Source: Candidatus Gygaella obscura | GTDB taxonomy: Bacteria > Omnitrophota > Gorgyraeia > Gygaellales > Gygaellaceae | Assembly (NCBI GenBank): GCA_030765485.1 | Contig: JAVCCR010000003.1 | Coordinates: 4,653 to 68,652 of the forward strand | Reading direction: 5' to 3' | Length of the DNA stretch: 64,000 nt | Shown here: piece after piece, positions 8,667-16,172 of the stretch | Numbering within the stretch: position 1 is the first letter of the stretch | Layout of the letters: every line of letters begins with the position of its first letter | Position numbers and translations under genes: made by a program | The notes under the pieces: generated by a model | What the model saw: only the letters and a program-made list of their open reading frames with translations | What the model was told of the DNA's origin: nothing | The model's database searches: none

Positions 8667-11494
8667 CGAAAAATAAGAAAATCATTAAGATAGAGTCTTT
8701 GCTTACCTGTTTTCTTCTTTGTGTTAATATTCTTCTTCTCTGGCAGGTACTTTCTCCAAATTCATTCTACTTTTTATGTATAATTATCGCAGGTTTTTTC
8801 TTTAGTAGCTATCTCCAACAGCGTGCGGGTAAGGTTTTGAATATTATAGTGAATCTATCGGTACTTGCTGTTTTTGTATTCCTTGTCATCTCCGTAATGA
8901 ACTCCTCATTTATATATAAAGATGTTGTTGAAATTTTTGTTAAAAAGATATTCTTGATTTTGATTATTTTTTCATTTGCTTCATCATTGGTAGGGTATCT
9001 ATCCTATATACAAGTCTTGAGCGCCTGCGTATTAATTGCTCACGCACTTTTTATTAGCAGCTATACACTTATGGTATTTTCTTTTGTTATTGTCTATTTG
9101 CTGATTTGGGTTTTGATTATGAGAGTAAAACTATATGGATATTTTTGCGATTCCGAGGAAATCAAGGGTAAAAAATATTATTCTTTGTTGATGTCGGTAT
9201 TATTTCTTGCGATCGCCCTTGCTTTAGCATGGGTATTATTAATTAGGTTTCCTATAGGAAAATTCGATAATTTTGCTTTATTGCTTCATCCTAATGAAGC
9301 AGTTAAGGCTGAGTTTCTTGCAACAGAAAGCGAAAAGGAATTTTCACAATTAGAAGAAGAGTTAGTGGAGAAAGTAGTGAAGTTTATCTCCGAATCAAAC
9401 TATGGAACTATCGGGGATAAAGAGTTAAGCTTGGCTTTATTTAATAAGCTTACCAATCAATCTGTCACTTCTTTAGAAGTCCTCCAGGCAGAAGACGGGC
9501 TTATAGATATGCTAAAAAGAATTGGCCCCGGCATTGAAAAGGGGAAGGATAATTTAGAATTGATTCTAAAGCAATATCTGAAATCAAAATTAAATTTAAA
9601 TCTGAGTAGCCATTCGAAAAGCATGATGAACAGATTCAATATGAACCCGCTTGACGTATTAGATAAGTTACTTAACATGAATCGTGTTAACAGGCTTAAT
9701 TCCAGTCGTTCGTTGGGAGAGCTTCTAAAAAACAATGAGAAACTGATGAATGAAATCGAGAGTAAACAGATCAATTTACAGGAGGCGAGTAAAATAGAAG
9801 ATTCGATTGATGACTTTAGGGATAGTAAGCTCGAAGAGCTTTATAGAAAGAAAAAAGAAGAATTAGAGACTGCTCTTGATGAATTAAAGGGTGAAAAATT
9901 CAAATTAGAATCTTTAGTCCCTCAGCAGAAAAGCCTAATAGAAGAAAAGATGCCGATAAAGCCAGATGGTAAGTTGGAAGACTTAGAGTTCGCCATTAAA
10001 AGTTTTCAAGATCTGCTGGATAGGGTAGATCAGGCGCTTAAGTTGGATGATTTTAAGGGTATTGAAAAGGTAATTAAAGAAAAAGAAGAAAGGAATACAG
10101 CTGCGCTCAAGCAGTACTTAGAAAATTTTATTGAGCTTTCCGATATCAAGCTATCTATTGTCAACGAACACATAAAAGCAGTAATAGATGAAAAATTACA
10201 TAATTCTGATATGCCAGAGTATTTTCAAAATGAAATCAACCATTCTTTAGGGAAGCTGATTTTAGTTTCTGAGGGTAAGCAGTTTAAACGCCAAACGCTG
10301 GAAACAAGTGAAAAACTCGAAAACAATAAGACCGATGCCGAAAAAGAAATAAAACAGTTGATAGTAGGTAAAGCATTTATTTTATCTAAAAGCAGTAGAA
10401 GAGAGCTTAAAAACAGTTTCAAGGAAAACCTCTCCGGGCAGGTGTCTAATCAATCTGTTAATGATTTAGTAAGATCTGTTGATCAGCTTGAGAGTATCAA
10501 TAACTTGAATATATTGTCTCAGCGCATAGAACAGCTTAATGATTATTTAAGTCAGCTAAGCAGCAAAGGACAATTATTGAAAAAAACCGAAGAAGAACAA
10601 AAGGATATTTTGGACAATCTTTATGATGTGTTATCAGCAAGAATTATTTCACAAAAGGATATTGTAGATACAGGGATAAGAGATGTTGCTAAAAAACAAG
10701 ATTCATTCGAACGACTATTAGAAGAAGACACGATGGAAAGTAGCATTAGGGATTTTCTGAAAGATATTAAAATGGAAATAGATACTGCAGATAAATTTTT
10801 AGAGATAGAAATGCTATTAGAACGGATTGATAAACTTAGTGATATTACTAAGAATAAACTCAAGGAAGAGCATTTAAATACAATACAGCAAAATCTTATA
10901 CAGAGAACGCAGATACAGAAAGCTTTTATAAGACAGAATATTAAGACTCAATTGCAGGAAAAGCTGGATTTATTGAGAAAGTTAAATCCCGAGAGCGCTA
11001 AGATAGTAGGTAAATTAAAAGATAAGTTAGAAGAAAGCAGGACAGATGAACAGTTGAATAAGATACTTAGCGACATTAATTATCAAATAGAGCAAATCTC
11101 TGAATACGGACAGAATTTGCATTTGTTAGAAGCTGAAGATGAAGATTTATTAGAAAATCAAGTTGATGGATTTAGTGATGGGTTTGGGGATAGGGAATTA
11201 GCAGTTGTGCCTTCGAGTCTTGTTATGTCTATTGATTCTAGTGTGCAACCAAAAGCTTTTTTTATTTCCGGTAATATGTTTGTGACTGATGTTACGGAAA
11301 AATGTCAATGGATTTCGGCTAGTCCCGATATAGCATGGATAGATGAAAAAGGTATTCTTCACGCGATTAAGAAAGGTTCAGTTCGAATAAGAGCAAGGTT
11401 TAGAAGCGGTGTCAGTCCGGTAATAAATGTATTAGTTGTTGATAAAATGTTGTCGTCTGTAGAGTACTCTATAGAAAGAGAAATTGCTAAATAG
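8663..11494 (+). CDS. Large membrane protein: N-terminal ~6-7 TM (TgpA/DUF3488-like), ~600-aa coiled coil, C-terminal Big_2 Ig-like domain
   Basis: 943 aa. Six to seven hydrophobic helices in the first ~200 aa are followed by a long heptad-rich E/K/L/N/Q region and a C-terminal ~80 aa Big_2-like segment (…GSVRIRARF.SGVSPVINVLVVD). No transglutaminase Cys motif was found. Start overlaps the DUF58 gene stop. Confidence 0.6.
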   Translation: MTKNKKIIKIESLLTCFLLCVNILLLWQVLSPNSFYFLCIIIAGFFFSSYLQQRAGKVLNIIVNLSVLAVFVFLVISVMNSSFIYKDVVEIFVKKIFLILIIFSFASSLVGYLSYIQVLSACVLIAHALFISSYTLMVFSFVIVYLLIWVLIMRVKLYGYFCDSEEIKGKKYYSLLMSVLFLAIALALAWVLLIRFPIGKFDNFALLLHPNEAVKAEFLATESEKEFSQLEEELVEKVVKFISESNYGTIGDKELSLALFNKLTNQSVTSLEVLQAEDGLIDMLKRIGPGIEKGKDNLELILKQYLKSKLNLNLSSHSKSMMNRFNMNPLDVLDKLLNMNRVNRLNSSRSLGELLKNNEKLMNEIESKQINLQEASKIEDSIDDFRDSKLEELYRKKKEELETALDELKGEKFKLESLVPQQKSLIEEKMPIKPDGKLEDLEFAIKSFQDLLDRVDQALKLDDFKGIEKVIKEKEERNTAALKQYLENFIELSDIKLSIVNEHIKAVIDEKLHNSDMPEYFQNEINHSLGKLILVSEGKQFKRQTLETSEKLENNKTDAEKEIKQLIVGKAFILSKSSRRELKNSFKENLSGQVSNQSVNDLVRSVDQLESINNLNILSQRIEQLNDYLSQLSSKGQLLKKTEEEQKDILDNLYDVLSARIISQKDIVDTGIRDVAKKQDSFERLLEEDTMESSIRDFLKDIKMEIDTADKFLEIEMLLERIDKLSDITKNKLKEEHLNTIQQNLIQRTQIQKAFIRQNIKTQLQEKLDLLRKLNPESAKIVGKLKDKLEESRTDEQLNKILSDINYQIEQISEYGQNLHLLEAEDEDLLENQVDGFSDGFGDRELAVVPSSLVMSIDSSVQPKAFFISGNMFVTDVTEKCQWISASPDIAWIDEKGILHAIKKGSVRIRARFRSGVSPVINVLVVDKMLSSVEYSIEREIAK

Positions 11495-11500
11495 TCCTAA

Positions 11501-13660
11501 ATGAGAAGAGCTAAATTTCTAATAGTTTCGGTTTTGTTATTTCTAATTTGTCTTTGCGCTTCTGCACAGTCGGATTATGAGATAGAAAATACTTCTTCAG
11601 GGAAGGTGGTTGTTGGTTTGACGCAGGCTCAAGCCTTGGATAAGTTTGGAAATCCGGATTCCGTTAAGGGGAATGTTTGGTATTACGGGCTGGATAATCC
11701 TTTTTATGTTTATTTTGAGAATCCGGTTTATCTTTATCCGGAAAAAATTGTTGTTGCTCTTGGTTCACCTATAGAGCTAAAGGTTTTGTTGAATAGGTTT
11801 GATGAAGGGGTAATTGATGTTACCCAGGATTGCGAATTTATTGTAAGCGATACGGAAGCACTGATTATTGATGCAAAAAACGTAATATTTCCTCAAAGGG
11901 CAGGGAATTACCAGATATTTGCAAAGCATAAGAAGCTAATAACAAATATATGTACAGTTAAAGTAGAGGCAACCCGGGAAGTACAAAAAAATATAGCTCT
12001 TCAACAGATAGTGATTTTTCCCTATAATCCACAGATTGTCGAAAATCAAAGAGTTCAATTTTCCGCATTCGGTGTTTTTCAGAATAACGATCAAAAGAAA
12101 GTATATATAGAAGATATATCCAGTCGGGCAAGTTTTATGTTGAAAGATAAAGAAAAAATTATAAATCTAAAAAACAGGTTCGTTACATTCCCTACGGAAG
12201 GCAAATATGAACTCTTCTGTAGCTACCGGGATACTGTAAGCGATCCTAATGAGATTATAGTTTATGGCGATGAAGAATCTCCAGGCGCAAGAGATGACCT
12301 AAAACAAATTATTGCTTTTCCTGAATATGTTGTTGTCAGACCAGATTACTTATTGGAATTCAAGGCATTTGCGAGCTATATGGATAATAATTTTGACGAT
12401 GTTACCTATAGAACAGATTGGTTTGTGAAAGATAAGGATATTGTTTCTATCATAGATAAAGGTAAATTCCTGACCAAGAGACCCGGCATTACAGAAATTA
12501 TCGCGACTAAGAATCAGAAAGAAAGTCTACCATTGAAGATTGTTGTTACTCGTAAGGATGAAGTGACAATGCTGCCAGTCAGTAAAAAGGAGACCTCGGC
12601 AAGTCTAGAAGAATTGTTGCAGGAAACTAGAAGAGATATAGAGGGTTTTAAAGAAGATATTTCTTTGGAAGGAAGAAAGCTGCTTGCTGTAAAATTATCT
12701 AAAGATTATCTTGAGTTGGGCTTAGGACAGGAATTTGAGGTTAAGGCAACAGCAGTTTATGATGATAACAAGGAAGAAGACGTGACTTTTCTCGGGAAAT
12801 GGTCTAGCTCTCAAGAGAAAATTGCCTCTATAACAAAGGGAAGAATAAAAGCTTTAAAAACAGGAAGCACATTGGTTAATTGTGAATATCAAAACGTAAG
12901 AAGTTCGTCATTGGCAGTAAATGTTGATAAGGAAAAGCTGATTTCTATATCTTTGAAACCTCAGGTTATCGAGCTTGAGATGACTGAAACTATACCGCTA
13001 ACTGCAGAAGGTTTTTACAGTGATGATTCCAAACGTGATATCACCGCACTTGTAGATTGGCATGTAGAGAACAAAGGGCTAGTTACTGTTTTTGGAGAAG
13101 GCAAACTTTTACCCAGAGCTTCAGGTAACACAACTTTATTCGCGCAATATCTAGATGTTAAAAGTTTATCTATTTCGATATCAATAAGATATGGTTTGAA
13201 GTGGATTATTTGGCAGATTGCCAAACTTATAATGGTTTTAATTGGACTTAGTCTGATTATATTTATAATAATGTATATTTCAAGAGAAGCACAGAAAGCA
13301 AAATTATTAATTCTTATGGATAGAGACCCCAGACAATTTGTAATAAAGCTGTATGAAAACATAAGTCGGTTGCTTCAGCTTGTGGGTTCACGTCCTCTAA
13401 AAGGAGATGCCTATTTGGCATTTGCTGTGCAAGTCCAGAATAAATATCAGATAAAAGATAATTGTTTTTTGAGCATAGTGGAGATTTTTGAGAAGGCGAA
13501 GTTTAGTAGCTACGATATCTCAAAAGAGCGGGCGGAAACTGTTTTAAATGCCTACAATTTATTTTTGTTTTCTTTGTTAGCAAGGCTTAATAAACTAGAA
13601 AAAGCAATTCTGAATGCTAAGGCTGTTTATTTTAGGACTATTCTTCAGCTAAGAAAATAG
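11501..13660 (+). CDS. Secreted/membrane-anchored protein with ~5 Big_2 Ig-like repeats, one TM helix and a C-terminal DUF4129-like cytoplasmic domain
   Basis: 719 aa. Has a signal peptide (LFLICLCASAQS), repeated ~90-aa units with Big_2-type periodicity, a TM segment (WIIWQIAKLIMVLIGLSLIIFIIMYI) and a C-terminal domain resembling DUF4129 (…IVEIFEKAKFSSYDISKE…). Lies 6 nt after the upstream gene. Confidence 0.6.
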   Translation: MRRAKFLIVSVLLFLICLCASAQSDYEIENTSSGKVVVGLTQAQALDKFGNPDSVKGNVWYYGLDNPFYVYFENPVYLYPEKIVVALGSPIELKVLLNRFDEGVIDVTQDCEFIVSDTEALIIDAKNVIFPQRAGNYQIFAKHKKLITNICTVKVEATREVQKNIALQQIVIFPYNPQIVENQRVQFSAFGVFQNNDQKKVYIEDISSRASFMLKDKEKIINLKNRFVTFPTEGKYELFCSYRDTVSDPNEIIVYGDEESPGARDDLKQIIAFPEYVVVRPDYLLEFKAFASYMDNNFDDVTYRTDWFVKDKDIVSIIDKGKFLTKRPGITEIIATKNQKESLPLKIVVTRKDEVTMLPVSKKETSASLEELLQETRRDIEGFKEDISLEGRKLLAVKLSKDYLELGLGQEFEVKATAVYDDNKEEDVTFLGKWSSSQEKIASITKGRIKALKTGSTLVNCEYQNVRSSSLAVNVDKEKLISISLKPQVIELEMTETIPLTAEGFYSDDSKRDITALVDWHVENKGLVTVFGEGKLLPRASGNTTLFAQYLDVKSLSISISIRYGLKWIIWQIAKLIMVLIGLSLIIFIIMYISREAQKAKLLILMDRDPRQFVIKLYENISRLLQLVGSRPLKGDAYLAFAVQVQNKYQIKDNCFLSIVEIFEKAKFSSYDISKERAETVLNAYNLFLFSLLARLNKLEKAILNAKAVYFRTILQLRK

Positions 13661-13661
13661 T

Positions 13662-14123
13662 TTAATTGCCTTGCGATTTGTCGATCAAGGCGTTGATTCT
13701 TGAAATAAGCGGCCAGAATTTATCAGTCTGTCTTATGTCAATATGGTCTTTTTTCTCTCCCTTGATGACCGCATCAAGTTCTCTTAAAATCCTATCAAAA
13801 GAACCGATTAATTTATGTGTTTGTTTATACACAACCAAAAGAATCAAGGCAATTGAACCCGGGGCGAGGAATAAAAGAACAATACTTACCTGTTCTGCGA
13901 TTATAATTGGGTCTATATTAAAAGGCAGGATGAAATCTTCGCCGATTACAGAAAATACCAAAAAATAAAGACACAGGCTTACAATTAAGGTAGGCAGTAG
14001 GGCAACAAGGAAAATTAAATTTAAGATGTCTTTTTGGAACTGGTTTGCATAGAATGTTTTTCTTCTCTCTGTATTTTTAGCCATTTTTTTATTCCCCTTT
14101 TTAAAATTGTTTATAGTCATCAT
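13662..14123 (-). CDS. Small 2-TM membrane protein with HAMP-like C-terminal segment (paralog of the 33375-33764 gene)
   Basis: 153 aa with a basic N-terminus, two hydrophobic helices, then ...G.F.RI...LD..I.GEKK....IRQ.D....L...IN.LID. Shares this pattern with ORF 33375..33764. The true start may be the internal Met (MAKNTERRK). Confidence 0.45.
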   Translation of the reverse strand: MMTINNFKKGNKKMAKNTERRKTFYANQFQKDILNLIFLVALLPTLIVSLCLYFLVFSVIGEDFILPFNIDPIIIAEQVSIVLLFLAPGSIALILLVVYKQTHKLIGSFDRILRELDAVIKGEKKDHIDIRQTDKFWPLISRINALIDKSQGN

Positions 14124-14166
14124 TTTATGCTAAAAGTTATCTATGGTCAAACATTTTAATCAGCAC

Positions 14167-14195
14167 TTGACAAAAGAGTTGTAACAGGTTATACT
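14167..14195 (+). promoter_or_regulatory. Sigma70-type promoter of the marR-tolC-RND operon
   Basis: TTGACA at 14167-14172, a 17-nt spacer, and TATACT at 14190-14195, about 45 nt upstream of the marR ATG. Confidence 0.5.
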
Positions 14196-14207
14196 TTGGT
14201 TGGTGAA

Positions 14208-14226
14208 TAGTTAAGAACATTAACTA
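14208..14226 (+). promoter_or_regulatory. Candidate MarR operator: perfect 7-bp inverted repeat
   Basis: TAGTTAA-gaaca-TTAACTA lies between the -10 box and the RBS (AGGAGG at about 14229), the classic position for MarR autoregulation. Confidence 0.4.
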
Positions 14227-14241
14227 TTAGGAGGTTTAAAT

Positions 14242-14700
14242 ATGAGAGACAAACAGATTAATAGTTTTGCGGATAAGATGTGTGAGGTCATTCCTGATAT
14301 TGCTCGGGAGGTTGCCAAAAGAGAAGCCAAAAGTATTCTTCATACCAAGGTCAGTATTTCCCAGCTGTTTTTACTGGAGCTGTTGGTTAAAACCGGAGAT
14401 ATGCCTATGTCCAAGATTGCCAGGGAAATGGGATTATCTCTTCCGGCAATAACAGGTATTACTGATAAACTGGTAAGGGATAATTTTGTGATAAGACTAT
14501 CTAGTCCTAAGGACAGGAGAGTAATCCTTATAAGGGTTACACTAAAAGGGAAAGAAGCAGTTGAGAAAATAAACAATATTAGAAGAAAATTTATATTTAA
14601 TAGTTTCGCTAAGCTAACGGCCAAAGAAAGAAACACTTATCTTGCGATAATTACAAAATTGCGCAATGTTTTAAAAGACAAAAGCGATAAGGAAAAATGA
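14242..14700 (+). CDS. MarR-family transcriptional regulator
   Basis: 152 aa with the winged-HTH pattern of MarR (…SISQLFLLELL…MSKIAREMGLSLPAITGITDKLVRDNFV…DRRVILIRVTLKGKEAVEKI). Confidence 0.8.
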   Translation: MRDKQINSFADKMCEVIPDIAREVAKREAKSILHTKVSISQLFLLELLVKTGDMPMSKIAREMGLSLPAITGITDKLVRDNFVIRLSSPKDRRVILIRVTLKGKEAVEKINNIRRKFIFNSFAKLTAKERNTYLAIITKLRNVLKDKSDKEK

Positions 14701-16172
14701 AAAATAAGACTGTATTTATTATTGTTGGGTTATTGTTGATATGCAATATTTCTTTTAGTGAGGAAGCTGTTATAGAAAAAATTTTATTTGAGCTTTCCTT
14801 AGCTGATGTCTCAAGAATTGCCATAGAAAATAATCTGGATATTCAGATAGCAAAGTACGATGCCTATATTAAAAGAACTGATGATTTAAGCAGTCGCTCG
14901 ATATATGATACGATTTTTAGTGCTTCGGCATCTTACAAAAATGATGAATTGGCTTCTTCAAGTTCTTTGGCTGCTGGCAAAACTACAACGCGTGATTATG
15001 GCGTAGGGGTTTCTAAAAAAACATCTACAGGAACTACAATAGGAGTAGATTTAGAAAACCAGCGTGTAGACACCGATTCTAGTCTCGTAAGCATAAACCC
15101 CAGCAATGAAGCAAGTGCAAAATTTTCCCTGAAACAAGAATTGGGTAAGAATTTTTTTGGCTTAAAAGATAGATCAGATATAAAAATTACCAAGTTTGAA
15201 ATTCTTAATTCCGATTATACTTCTTTGGATAAAATCGAAGATGTGTTATTGTCCGTTCAGAAAGCCTATTGGAAACTGGCTTATCTTTATGAAGAGCTTG
15301 AGGTAAGGAAAGATATGCTTAAAAAAGCAAAGAAGCTAATGACTATCTATGATGATAAGTATACATTGGGGTTAGTGGAAGATCCTGATTTATTTGCTGC
15401 CCGGGCCAATGTATTATCAAGAAAGAACGAACTTAATATAACAAAAAAACAACTTGAGCTTGCCAATAGTAATTTATTGTTAAGGCTCAATGAAGAAAAT
15501 GAAGCCTTGGATGTATTGACTAAAGATAAAATAAAATTTAAAGTTTGTGATGTTGATTTGAATGAATCTTTAGAGCAGGCAGTTTTACATAGAAGGGATT
15601 ATGCACGGGGAAAAAACAATATAAAGGCAAAAAACATTAATCTGGTAATGAAAAAGAACAATCTTTGGCCTGAGATAGATTTAAGCGCAAGTTTGGCTAA
15701 AAACGGAATTGATAGTTCTTATAGCGAAGCCTTATCTTCAATTAACAAATCAGACAATAAAGAATTTTATGTCGGTCTTACGATAAAGATTCCTTTTGAG
15801 AATTCAAACGCCCGAGCCCAGCTTAGCAAGGCCCGTTTAGAAAAAGCAAAATATTTGGCTTCTTTGAAACAGATAGAACGAAAGATTTTAATAGAGATAA
15901 ATGATAAAATAACAATTTTGAATTCTCTTTTAAATCAAGTTGATACCAGCGTCAGCATTGTTGACTTGCAGCAGCAAAAGCTTGCGGCCGAAGAAGATAG
16001 ATTTAATGTAGGTAGATCTTCCAGTGATATTTTAATCAGGTATCAGGAGGATTTGCTTAACGCAAGGTTATCTTTAGTTGGTTATATTTACGAATATGAA
16101 TTAGCAAAAATAGATTTATTAAAGAGCGAAGGTGTTTTATTAAATGAGTATGTAAAAGGCGAAGTATTATGA
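14697..16172 (+). CDS. TolC-family outer-membrane efflux protein
   Basis: 491 aa with a signal peptide and two repeated OEP halves of coiled-coil/beta pattern. Overlaps marR by 4 nt. Confidence 0.75.
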   Translation: MKNKTVFIIVGLLLICNISFSEEAVIEKILFELSLADVSRIAIENNLDIQIAKYDAYIKRTDDLSSRSIYDTIFSASASYKNDELASSSSLAAGKTTTRDYGVGVSKKTSTGTTIGVDLENQRVDTDSSLVSINPSNEASAKFSLKQELGKNFFGLKDRSDIKITKFEILNSDYTSLDKIEDVLLSVQKAYWKLAYLYEELEVRKDMLKKAKKLMTIYDDKYTLGLVEDPDLFAARANVLSRKNELNITKKQLELANSNLLLRLNEENEALDVLTKDKIKFKVCDVDLNESLEQAVLHRRDYARGKNNIKAKNINLVMKKNNLWPEIDLSASLAKNGIDSSYSEALSSINKSDNKEFYVGLTIKIPFENSNARAQLSKARLEKAKYLASLKQIERKILIEINDKITILNSLLNQVDTSVSIVDLQQQKLAAEEDRFNVGRSSSDILIRYQEDLLNARLSLVGYIYEYELAKIDLLKSEGVLLNEYVKGEVL

